Source: Takakia lepidozioides (lineage: Eukaryota; Plantae; Bryophyta). Taken from it: DNA of 64,000 bases. The stretch spans positions 79,298,001-79,362,000 of the forward strand of contig CM060731.1 in NCBI GenBank assembly GCA_030704615.1, read 5' to 3'. Of the stretch, positions 52,429 through 64,000 are shown piece by piece; the first letter of the stretch is position 1; each line of letters starts with the position of its first letter. Below the pieces are notes generated by a model. It saw nothing but the letters and a program-made list of their open reading frames with translations. It was not told the origin of the DNA and ran no database searches. The position numbers and the translations under genes are program-made.

Positions 52429-55400
52429 ATGGCGGCATTGTTGCACGCATGCCAGTCTTGTGCGCCCAGAACTAATGTGTGCCCCATGTCTAGTTGTCCT
52501 CGTTCTGCGATCTCCCGAGTATCATTCATGGGAGAACAACTGCTGTGCAATGCAGGTGCGTTTCTCTTCTTTTATTTTAGAGGCAACTTTGCTCGTTCCC
52601 CCTCGGATCATACGCTGGGAGTATTTTGATGTGGGTTCCTCTTGTTTTTCTGTTGTACCGTTCGGGGAACCGTATGGACGTTATAAAATCTCTCCGTCCT
52701 CTTCGTGTAGATCTGTAGCTTTGTCTCATCCCCTCTCACGCACGCATATTAATTCGGTTGTTGTGTAGGGGACATAGTTAAGGGGACGTACCAAAGCCGC
52801 CTGCCCTCTTTGGGGAGAGATACGCAGAGATATCAAATTTCAGCAGCAGTGAAAGAGATGACCGGATCTGTGATGAAGGGGGATGGTCTACGATTTGCTG
52901 TGGTACCACCTTCGACCCCTTAATGCGGGGCTGTTTTGTTTTTAGGTGCGGTCTGAATTTCTAGATGTGAAGTTGATGTCAATGTTGTATGTATGGCAGC
53001 GGTGCTTTACTGCCCAAGTAGCTTGTAGTTAGATGTTCAGTCACTCTCCGGAAGTAACCAGTTTTTTTTGGAAAGATGAATGATGGCAGGTTGTGGGCCG
53101 CTTCAATGAGATAATTACAAAGCTTCTTTTAGGAGGGGCTTTGGAGACCTTTAATAAACATGCAGTGCGCAACGAGCATATTGATGTAAGGCAGCTTGCA
53201 TCCACCTTCCATTGAGTTCCTGCACCTTCCAGCTCTTCATCTATGTGGAGCTAGATATGTTCTGAAGTGCATTGGTGGTACCAAAACACCTAGAGGTATT
53301 CTGAAGACCAAAAGATACATTCATCAGGAAACGGGTTGAGGAGGAAGGCAAACGCACCTGTCACATTACTTCTATAAAATTTATGTTTTAAAGAACATCT
53401 GAGAACAGACAGAGAGGGGAACGTACAGTTTAAAGATCTGACCTGACACAGAGTGGAGGAGGATAAGAAGAGATATGCATGCCAACCAATGCATATTGCT
53501 GGCAAAAATGTGCCGGTTATCTTTGAGACGAGTTTGCTTGACTGTCACCAGCATCCCCTGGTGGCAATTCACTACAAAAGCATGTGTACTTTACTAGACA
53601 GGTGAATTGAAGCATACCTGCTGGACTGAAAGATATCCAACTGCAGTCCAGCAATGTAAATGACCTGTTTTTGAATAAGGTGCTGTGTTGTGTTGTCCTT
53701 CATTGCAAAACTAATGGAGCGCAGGTTGTATGGGTGCCGGGGAGCTTTGAGATTCCAGTGGTCGCTCAGTCACTTGCCAAATCTACGAAGTATGATGCTG
53801 TCCTTTGCATTGGAGCGGTGGTGAGCAGTCTTCTCCTTAGACAAATATCCTGATTAAGCTATGTTGCTATGCAGCCTTTGGCGCCGTAGACCTGGTTCCC
53901 AGTACATATCTAAGAAGGGGAGGAAGAGAAGGAGATGGGGGCAAAGATGAAAAGAGCTGAGAGGGCTGACAACCCTTTTAGAAACTTTGCTCTTTTAGCA
54001 TTTGGCTGCATGAATGTCATTGGTTTTGGCCTTTCAAGCTCCACTGCATGGTCAGAGACTCATAGATGTTGAAGGTCTAGAGAACGCCTGTCATCACTGT
54101 ATTGAAGAGGTCACAAGGTGCTTCTATGGTAGATTTGGTAGAAACCTCAGTGAGAAATGGGTGATGAGGCATGCAGATAAGGGGTGCCACCACTCACTAT
54201 GATGCAGTCGCTAATTCTGCTGCCTCGGGGATCATGTCAGCTAGTCTGAACTCAGGTAACATTCTTTGAATTGACACCTTGAATTTGAATGTAGGGTGGA
54301 TATTTCTGCAAGATCGATACAGACGTGCAAAAAATTCTGTGTATCTATAGAATAGACAGACAAAGCAAATGATGTGGGCACCCAGCCAGCCGAGGATACA
54401 CCCCCACTATGAAACACTTTTCACAGCAGCAGCAAAAGGATGGGAAGGATGGTTTCTGTTAGATCAGACCCATGTTTGTTGGTTTTGGCAGGAGTGCCAT
54501 GTATATTTGGTGTGCTTACTTGTGACACGATGGAACAGGTTGGGACTCTTACACATCAGACTGTATGTCACATTTTGCTTTTGCAGCACAAAATTGAAGC
54601 TTAGATATTGTTGTCTGTCGGTGGCCTTTGGGGTATACTGAAAGGTAGAAAGGATTCCCCTTCAAGTCTTAAGTTACTCTGTCCTGCGTATTGAGATTCT
54701 ATACGTCCCTGTATTGCCCAGATTGCTAAGCCCCCGTCAAGTTGACTAAATGTAACACCAATGTTGGATCGTCTAGTGGCAGAACTTTGGCATGTTAATG
54801 GTTTGTTTTGTACAGGCCATTGATAGAGCTGGGGGAAAAGCTGGTAATAAAGGAGCGGAGGCAGCCATCACCGCGGTAAGCATCATGTTTTCTACAGAGA
54901 TGCAAGACAAATTATATCATAATCCTACCTTACCGTCTCATGAGTCTCTAGAGGGCTGCCTACAGACGTTAAAATCCATTGCTATCACCACCATTTATGA
55001 CTCATAAGAGCAGCATATGTTGTGTAGCATTCAGGTTTATCGAGACATGGTGAATCATAAGAAGCAATCCAATACGCATTTTCTAATAGGATAAAGATTC
55101 TATGCTGCAATTGACCTCTATAAGATGAACGCCTAAAAAACAAAAGTTGACTCCTGCCGAAGCAAGCGTAAATTAGTGTCACTTCACCCCGAAGGGCTAC
55201 TGACTTCCATTTGGAAGGTGGACACCTTCTAATGGCCATAACCGGGGCAACGTGGCCACCCCCAAGGACTTGATAGTTCCCAAATATCTACACATTAGGT
55301 GGCTGGTTGACGCAGTGACCCACCCCTTTTATAGCTGGGTTGACCATATTGGGTGAGTTCCAACATACACCCATGTGGCTTTGAACCCACAACCGCTTGT

Positions 55401-55510
55401 AATGTGGCCTTGTGCCCTAACCACTAGGCCATTTGCTAGATGCTAATGAATGCAACATTTGTGTGCAGATTGAGATGGCGTCGCTCTTTCAACACTGCAT
55501 TGGGAAATAA
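52429..55510 (+). CDS. ribH: 6,7-dimethyl-8-ribityllumazine synthase, plastid-targeted, about 8 exons
   Basis: [108 protein letters not shown]. Confidence 0.96.
55130..55438 (-). mobile_element. Possible tRNA-derived SINE in the last intron
   Basis: Minus-strand box A TGGCCTAGTGG (55421-55431) and box B GGTTCAAAGCC (55377-55387) at Pol III spacing. The 3' end is uncertain. Confidence 0.45.
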
Positions 55511-57024
55511 TCCAGTGTAACTAATTCCTTCAGACTAGGGATTTCTGATGTTGTGCTTTCTAGCACCCAATTTTGTGCCCTTTCTTCAAAGTAACCACTT
55601 TGAAGTCACACACGTCAGCAACAAAGTGACTTCAACCAGAATGACAAGCAGAAACTGAATGGTTTTTTGAAGCTCTGCTAAGTTATCCTGTTTTATTGTT
55701 TGGCCAGCACCCCACAACCCACAGACAAGATCTCTGGGACCTGTTGCTACACGACTGCCTGTTACTATGACCCAATAAAAAACTTGGCTTCCCAGATCTC
55801 CTTGCAGATGGCCATGTTGATTGTGGTGCCACATGTTGCAATACATTCCTGGTCCTGTACATCAGAACACACTCGGATTGCATGGGTACTGCGACGCCCA
55901 CCACAAGGAAACCTGCTTCTTGGACTTTAAGCTTTGCAGTGCTATCACAACAGCCTGACACAACAAAACATGAACAAACTAGAAAAACTGTACACACCAG
56001 GGCAGTAACAGAGTAGCCTCATGTCCAATGAATTTTGTTAGGGCAGAGACTTTGCATCATGTTGAAGTCAATGGAGAAAATGTGCTTAATCCTTACTCCC
56101 CGGAAGACTCTTATTGGTCCCAAAACATCTTTGGTGTGCGCTGTGCTGAGTCATGCCAGTTAGGAAGTATTGACATGCTAGAAAATGAGCAATTGCAATT
56201 TGTGTATGGTAAAATAACATACGCTCTAGTGAAACTATTTAGAACACTGACCACACCTCACTTTTCCCGCAATCCACTGTTTGCGGCTTGTTACATTGGA
56301 TTGATGCAAAATACCCTTGTTGAGAGTGACCAAACATACATCCCCACTAAGCTACTCTTACTTTCTCCTTCGGTCATGGCATACTGGAATTAGAGATTCT
56401 ACAAAGCAATACAGTTTAGAGGTATTTTTCCGGGTTGGGACAATAGGTAATATTGTCATTGTGTCTGGACTCATCAACAAGAGTGACATGTGATGATGAC
56501 AAGCATAAACTTTTTCTGGGCTTCTCAACCAGAGCTATGCAGTGGCATAATTCACCCAAAGCCAGTTCCCAAAAGTGTAAGACAACCAATCTTAGATAGC
56601 ACCATGGCATACACAGCCATGTGATTTAAAACTTGAAACTCATGAGTGTCACCTGATAGAAGCAGATAAGATCAATGATAATGTGCATATCCAGAGGTAT
56701 ATTTAAGAAAATAGTGCGGGTAAGTGGATTTGTACATACCCAACCCGCCGGCCATATATGATACCTGGATATTACCCTACCCTTTCATATACCCATATTT
56801 AGTATATATCGATGTAGTCGATTGATTTACCCTACCCTATGGGAGGTATAAACTAACACGAGGGAGGGTATGTAAGCAAGGGTATCACTTATCCCATATG
56901 TATGGGGGCATGAGAAATTATGACTACATAGAACCATACTGTGCATTAGGGCCAAAATCTGCTAGGGCCCTGTTCATTCTAGAGTGGTCCAGGAATTAAA
57001 AAGGGGGGCTTATATAATAAGGCA

Positions 57025-57781
57025 CTAGGGTAGCCTGTGCCGTTGGCCCAAGTGTCCAGTGTCATCTAAGTCCAAGTGCAATCCCCTATGTATCATAGTA
57101 CGTCTCCTATGTCGAGGCCCAAATGCAATCGAGGCCCAAATGCAACCTCTAGGGTAGACTGTGCCGTTGGCCCAAGTGTCCATTGTCATCTAAGTCCAAG
57201 TGCAATCCCCTATGTATCTAGAGACCCTCTTGTTTGGGAGATATAGGCCTAGGGTAGCCCGCGCCATTGGCCCATGGGTTAAGAATTGAAATCTAAGCCC
57301 AAATGCAATTTCTTATGTATCCAAAGTGGGTCTCCTATGTCGAGGCCCAAGTGCAATCCTCTATTCAAGTATCCAAGTGCATCTCCCGTGTACAAGCCCA
57401 AGTGTCCAATGTCATCTAAGTCCAAGTGCAATCCCATATCTGATCATTTTATTTTATTTTTCAGAGAGCCTACGACCAGATTTGAACCAGAGACCTTTCC
57501 CTTGATATCTCTCCCGTCGAGGCTCTAACCATTGTCCCAGGAATGCCCACTCTGCCATTTTTGCTATTTTTTGTGAATTTCCAGCGACCAAAAGTACTTG
57601 GAATTCCGTATCTCCCACACCGCATGTCCAAAAATCATGAGACGAAGCCCGTGCACCCCTCCTCGTCGAGGGCTTTCCAACGGTACCACGCACTGGCGCC
57701 GGGGCCCCGCGGTTCGGGACATCTCAACGTGACAAAACAAAACAAAACAAAACAAAACAAACGTCTCGATTCATAGATTGA
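57025..57781 (-). mobile_element. Non-autonomous Helitron, same family as 26835-27861
   Basis: Minus-strand A|TCAATCTATGAA...(GTTTT)n...GGAAAGCCCTCGACGAGGAGGGGTGCAC...GGCTACCCTAG|T. Confidence 0.78.
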
Positions 57782-58473
57782 TATGTAGAAGGATTTCAAG
57801 AAATGAAGGGGTCCAAAAAAAGACGGCAGGAAGGGGAAATGTATTAAATAGGAGATGGTTTAGCCACCAAATTCAGGTAAGGGGGTTTGTAGGGGTGGCA
57901 GGGCCTTCTAGAAGGGTCCCACCACTTGCGGACAAGGTCCCATCGCCCGGGAGAGGGTATATAAAGGAGAGGCCCCCTCTTACTAGTTACTAAGTTAGTA
58001 AGTAGTGGGCTCTGAGGCAGGGCCCCCAAAAAAAAACGCAAACATCAATCTGTTAATTAATAGCAAAGTAAGCTGAAATAAGCTCCCCATTCTATACCCC
58101 TTCCGAAATGTGTCATTTACCCAAAGATATTATATAGGGTATATGCTTTTATTTATACCCTATTTATACCTACTCGTCATACAACCCTTGTGAGTCTACC
58201 CTGAGGGTATATCTATATAAAAAAAATTAGCAAATTACCCTGACCGGAGGGTATATCTAAAACTATATACCCACACTACACTGGTATTAATCTTCTGCCC
58301 CTCTCTTCGCAGTGTCCCATCAGTATAATTAAGGGGCCTGATTTGTGAGCCCGCATAGAGAGCTAATTCTAAGATATATATATATGTAATAATCTAGGTG
58401 GTGACGTTGTTTAACCATGCGACACAGGTTAAATTTTAACCTGGCTTAACTCTACATTCCACTAGGCGGTTTT

Positions 58474-59658
58474 AGGGAATGTGGCCTGTTGAGCCTCTGT
58501 TTTGTGTTGTGTCAAGAGGGCAAGCAGTTTCATCCATGCAACAGGGCATTTTTGTGCATGGTTTGGATGTGCAATGTGAATTGCATGATAGTTGCACAAG
58601 AGATGCAGATATAACAAGGTACTGTTGTGAGGATAGTGAGCCGTTTGTTTGGGAGTGCCCCCCTTGGCATCTGGTGCAAGGGCGGCTAGAGGAAGCCATG
58701 GCTGTCTTGAAATCCTTCGCAAATTCGAATGGAAAGTTTGTACCTGCATGGGTGGGCTTTACAACTGATGATCTGACATTGAAGAGGCTGTAGCAGTGTA
58801 CCTGCTTTCCGCTGCTGACAACCCGCGACTATGTACTGATTCGATTCCAGTACTCGGGGACGTGATGCGCTTCTCAAAACTCCAGGGTGAAGACACAATT
58901 GCAGATAACTCGAAGCCATTGCAGGCAATCCGTAAGGCTCCAGGCACCCTTCTCAGCGTCTTCCAATCTTCAGTTACTAGAAGGATAGTGATTTGGTTGA
59001 ACTGTGCACTTCGTCTACTATGGGATCAATCTGAATGTCGCCAACATCGGTTACGTCTGTACCTGAGCATGTTTATGAACGGCTTGGTGGAAATTCCTGC
59101 ATACGCCCTCTAACCGCACTGCTGCTGGGGAGTTTTGGCAGGAGGAAGATGCTTGTCTCCGCCATGTTGCTCAGTGGGATCTGTAGCATTGTTGGCAGCT
59201 TCCTTTTCAGTGGGTTGGCTGAAAACTCTTCTCTTCCTGTTGGCTCAGGAGTGGTCAGCTGGGTTGCATACTCTTGGCTGGCATGCGGTATGATAGGCAT
59301 CTATGGCATCGCTGGGACTTACAAACTGATTTACATTTACACATTGGAGCTGTTCAATGCTGCCCTGGGGCTAACCGCACAGAGTGCAGGAATAGGGGGA
59401 GTGATTGCACCACCAGTTGAGGCGTTGTACAGCTACAACTCTTTCCTGCCATTTGCAGTTTTTGGAATGGCAGCCTTGGTTGGGGCATTTCTGGCCATTT
59501 GGCTCCCGGAAACTTTAAACCAGCCTTTCTGGGACACTCTGGATGGATTGGAACGAGATGCAAAGGTAAGAAAAGAGGCTGAACATGCAGATGTAGAATC
59601 TACATTACCTGCACAGTCTCCTGTTGTCGTTGGGCTTCAAGAAATAGATCAGAGCTAG
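58474..59658 (+). pseudogene. MFS organic cation/carnitine transporter-like pseudogene, 5'-truncated
   Basis: ECPPWHLVQGRLEEAMAVL...NGK, LVEIPAY, FGRRKML, YTLELF and LPETLNQPFWDTLDGLE are spread over several frames, with a stop at 58791. No introns. Confidence 0.8.
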
Positions 59659-60097
59659 CTTCATCCCTTCCTTGGCTCAAAAATGCTCCAACCAGTCTTC
59701 TGGGTTGCAAGATTTCAGCTTTACCTGATGGGGGCAAGGTTGACAGTGTAACCTAGGGAGTCCAGAAACTCTGCCTAGATTTCTGAAGGGACAAATTCCA
59801 GACGGCGGGGGCCTGCTTGGGTGCGAAGTTTCTGGACTCTACAGGATACTTCTTTGGACTTGCAATCCAGCCACTTGAGGGCTGGTGCACGGGATTAATA
59901 CCAAACAATCACAACAGAAGATCAATCCTGAGAAAGAACTTATATTCCTCGATGGAACTTCTTCCACAATTCCTGCAAAACAGGTGGCAGATATTTACAG
60001 AAAATTGAAAGGTGGACAGCTGCTAAATGAAACTCCCATCATGATGCGAGAGTGCAAAAGAGTTTGTTTCTACCCAAACCACCTTACCAAAAGAACT

Positions 60098-63000
60098 TCA
60101 TAGCCAAGATGCATGACCTCCACCTAAAGGAAGTCTTGGACATAAGTTGGCCGACATCAACACCCAAGGGCAGCACTGGAACCCAATACTCTGCAAGATA
60201 AACATCAATGAGTCAGTAGCTTATCACCCAATCTGAATTCTCTCTCAGTAACATGCCCCCTTCCTGAAAAATCTTATGCTCTTACACCCCCACCCTCCCC
60301 AAGACTAACCAACTTGCATACCGGAATCCCGAGAAGCAGGCCTTGAGCATTGACAAGCACTGGCAGTCCCCTCCTCACATGCTGAGGAAGGCGTCCCAGG
60401 ATGGCTGAAGCTTGCTGAGCTTTAGCTGCCAGATGGCTGCCGCAGACAACATCCTTGCCTGCAATTTCTTTTGCAGATGCAACCCTGTTTCCAGATTTGA
60501 GATTCATCTGGGATTTCCCACACACAGACCTATTTGATCTCCATAGCAAATCTTGTGGCATAGTCTCATGGCCGCTGCCACCATGTGGATGTCCAGTTTG
60601 GTCTAAGCAATTACTGAAGGCATATTCACAGCGATTCGAAAAATAATTCACCCTTGCGACCTGTGAAAGATAAGTCCAATCCTTCTCCTCGAAATGTCGG
60701 ATCCATGCATGAGGCTTCTCTGTTAAAAGACAGCATTGAGCTGCCTGCCCCCCACTGTTACATGTGTGACCTGAATTGTTGGATTGCAACAGGGAGTAAT
60801 TATAGGTCAGGTTTTCTTTTGCCAGACCTTGTAGCCCAAATAGTTCACTAGAACTAGCCCCAGCCACGTTTGGTGACCATGAGACCACAAATCGATTCAT
60901 AAAATAACAGGACTCTCCAAATGCAAGTGGCCAGTTAAGACCTTTGGCTGTTGGAATTCCTCGCCTTATCTCTCTCTCGATATCAGTCCCTTCTTTGCAA
61001 GTCTTGGTCATAGCATCAGCAACTTCCATACTCAATGAATGTAACAAATCCATGCTCGACTCTGAAATCAATCCCAGCTGTTTTCCTTGCTCTAAGACAC
61101 TTGCTGACCCTTCTTCAGCATCCAATATTGGTATCGAGGGCTCCAGAAGATGTGCCTGTATACTCCTCTCTGGTGACATGTTAACAACCTGAGGCATGGC
61201 TGTCCCTGGTTCCCAAGCAGTACGCCACACGGCTCTTGATGGTGGACCCATTGAATAGGCCTTCCAGAGGCTGGTTTCTACACACACACTGGGTACTGGA
61301 GAATCAGGTGAAAAGCACACCAACAACTTGGAGCCCTTTGATCCTGAAACAGGAGCCACAGTGCAGCCACCTAGTGTAAATGCTCCCTGCCAATACATGC
61401 ACAGATGTGTCACCAAAGATTTTATCTCCTTTGTGGGTTCTAAAACCCAAAACTCTCCCCAAAAAGAGGTGGTTGTAGACCTTCAGCATAGCTATCCCTG
61501 ACTTGACCACTTCCTTGTCCTGTGGCAAAACCAAGGAATGCACATACTAATTTGCAGTTTATCTGGATCCAGATAAAACTGCAACTTTGCTGTAAGATTC
61601 ACTGGTTTCGGGTGGGCTACCATAAGTTCCATCAGCTCCCGTCTACTGAGACTGATGCGGTCGTGATTGGCAGAAATTTTCAGACCTCCAGTATTTTGTG
61701 GCAGTAGGAAAGCAACAGACAGTCTGTATTCCTCAAAAACAGAGAGAGTATGTACTCATAAGAAGTTATTTGCCGTAGCCTTGTGGCCATAGACCTGGCG
61801 TCCAGTTTGGGCGAAACAAGAGGGAACTAACACTACCTTTGTGAGGGGCACTCCAGTAGTGGGACTTACCTTGATATAAACAACTAGTTCAGGCTTTCTA
61901 GAAAGCCCTTCACACAAGCTTTCTAGATACAGCGAGAGAAAGGGAGCTACCTGGAATGGACTTTGGCGAATGCGTTCCATCAGAAATTTCAAACCTCTCC
62001 CTCGAGGAGGTTTCTCCTTTTGGGCAACAAACTGCCGTCCAAACCCCCACATTAAAGAGCAATTTAGCAACGCTTACTTCTCCTGTTTGACACTACTTCT
62101 ACTGTTTCACAGACATTGCTTGGTACATCACTGATTTCCGTTGGACAAGATATTGTCCATCTCAAGAACTAAGATTTAACCATAAAGAATGTACTCATAA
62201 GACTACATTTGCCGGAGCCTTGTGGCCATAAAACCCGCTCCAGTTTGGAGAAATAAAGGGAACAGACACTACCTTTGTGAGGGGCTCACTCCAGTAGTGG
62301 GATTACCTTGAAATAAATAATTTGTTCGGGCATCCAGATTTCCTCTAGAAAGCACTTCACAAAAGCATCAATCTGCTGTGTGTGATCTGACAGTAAGACC
62401 TCAACAGGGCCAGAGCTTTAGGCTCAGCTTCGAGATTTTGAAAGTTGCTGAACAGAGGTGCAGGAACTTTGTTCTTGATGTTCCTGAAGAGGGTCGCTCT
62501 CTGATGAGAATACCCCGGACATTGTATCAGAAAATGGATATTGTATTCAGGCCACCCGCACATCAGGCATTGACAATCTCCCTTTCCTCTCTGCGTCTGT
62601 TTATTGTTCAAAGGTAGACTCCCTGCCCTGAATTTAAGTTTCTCTGAACTTGTTTCCAGTCTGTAACATGGGTGAGGACCTGAAGGATAACCTCATGGAC
62701 CTACCTACCCTCGGCACTAGACTGAGATTTTATGCCTAACTTTGTATTTAACCATAAAGAGTAGGTTTATGAGGGGATTTTCGCAATGAGTTGAAAGATT
62801 GAGTGGTTACACGTGATCTTCCAGCAGCTCCAGGCAGATACCGCTGACCCATTATTCTTCTGAAGATTTCAGTAGCTGGTAGAACAAGCAACAAGAATCT
62901 TTACCCTTGGTCCACTAGTGCGTCAAGCAAATTTTTTGTTTTGTAATCTTCCATTCAAACAATATCTCCAAGAAACAATCTTATGGACACAGTACTTCCG

Positions 63001-64000
63001 TGGTGAGTAAAAGAGCACTTGCCTGCAAAACTGCCACCAAGACTCTGGAGAGGACAGCATCAGTAGTACAACTTGAAGACAGTCTTTCCACATCAATGGT
63101 AGCATATGCGAGGTCCTTGAATTGTGACACGGAGAAAAGCAGGCCTCAGGACTGATTCAAAGCCTTGCACTGTACCAGATGAGAAAATGTAAATGGGAAA
63201 TTAAGAATCCAAGTAGTGACATTCTGCAGACGCAAAATAATTCTCAGTACGCGGGCCGACTGTATATAAAAGGATGGGACACTAAACTATCACAAGGCAT
63301 GGTGGACTATCTAGCCTCTTGGGATTTCATTGTGGGTTTGCCTGTTCGAAGGAAAAGAGAGACAGCACACAGGCCCTTACATGGGAAACAGACACCACAA
63401 CAGCAAGTACTTTGTCCCTGACACCATCAAGAGCTGCTCGTGTCTTGCGGCAACTGTTGATAAGATCCTGTATTTCTTTCCTCCGTAAGCCTGTGTGAGG
63501 GATATGTGTCAGGCCATTGTCTCCAATGCCTGGAAATAATATGAAGTCACAGTTCCCACCACTTTAAGGTGGGTTGCTAACCAATCTGTCGGCAAATGAT
63601 GGAGTAACAGATTATTAAAGAGTTTGAAGAAAGTTCAGTGAAAGGCACAACGTACGAAACTGAGGCTCTGCTAGAGACATGCGGATACGGTTCCGTGCAA
63701 ACAACCGATTGCGATTAGTCGGGTCTTCCACCCACTCTTGTCCTGCATCTCTGCACACCTGCTCACAATCAGATAGATGCAGTGACTCAGGTTGCTGCTA
63801 GGCTTTTCTATGATCACATGGCACATGACAGCATTTCTCTTAATATGATTAACATCAGAAACTAGTTGGAGTGTCAGGTGGTGCAACCCTCCTCCCAATC
63901 ACCAGTTGCATGGATCTGTTTAATCGCTCTGGTAGCTGCACTGCTGTTTATGGGAAATTGGCTTCAAGGCTTCTCATCAGCCCCACCTATGCCTTGGTTG
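60098..64000 (-). CDS. tilS: tRNA(Ile)-lysidine synthase, plant RSY3/TilS type; 3' exons only, 5' end outside window
   Basis: VCRDAGQEWVEDPTNRNRLFARNRIR (~63660-63758), IQDLINSCRKTR, FVAQKEKPPRGR, AFTLGGC, VRRGLPVLV...LLLGIP, ending PRLPLGGGHASWL*. Confidence 0.88.
61749..61928 (-). mobile_element. 5'-truncated non-LTR retroposon 3' end
   Basis: Homologous to 62189-62355; possible TSD ACAGAGAGAG/ACAGCGAGAG. Confidence 0.7.
62189..62745 (-). mobile_element. 5'-truncated non-LTR retrotransposon (ORF2 C-terminal Cys/His motif plus 3'UTR) with 15-bp TSD
   Basis: ATTTAACCATAAAGA at 62174-62188 and 62746-62760. Encodes KFRAGSLPL...CLMC...HFLIQCPGYSHQR. Confidence 0.78.

Noticed and set aside
55377-55438. 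Functional tRNA gene
   Set aside because: Box A and B are present but no convincing cloverleaf or acceptor stem could be formed; treated as SINE-like.
56690-58285. hAT-like element surrounding the second Helitron
   Set aside because: TACCC/GGGTA-rich ends are suggestive, but no convincing TIR pair or TSD was found.

Overview
Eukaryotic land-plant nuclear DNA with spliceosomal introns; it looks bryophyte-like, but the organism cannot be determined from the sequence. The right part (~29.9-64 kb) is ordinary gene space: dynamin-related DRP1, a kinesin-3-like gene with a very large 14-aa repeat array and an FHA-like end, plastid RPS13, lumazine synthase, an organic-cation-transporter pseudogene and the 3' part of TilS/RSY3. 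Helitron, hAT-like, SINE and non-LTR fragments are interspersed. The left ~25 kb is a nest of two DNA transposons. The inner one is an 11.45-kb Mutator-like element (1629-13078, 9-bp TSD). It carries a GCM/MULE/SWIM transposase and a divergent multi-exon gene fusing a ParB/Srx-like domain to a beta-type amino-DNA-methyltransferase-like domain. That gene's introns hold about 10 copies of a 20-bp palindrome (GAATGTCG-N4-CGACATTC). The inner element sits inside a second ParB-like gene (linked to FCP1/NIF-like phosphatase domains) belonging to an outer DDE (DUF7869/Sola-like) element, which has its own palindrome (CGCGCGATCGCGCG, at least 12 copies). The main hypothesis is a transposon-borne ParB/parS-like self-recognition system with a chromatin or transcription effector, present in two different transposon types. 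Domain calls come from motif recognition by eye, exon borders were placed manually, and the transposon genes carry frameshifts or stops.
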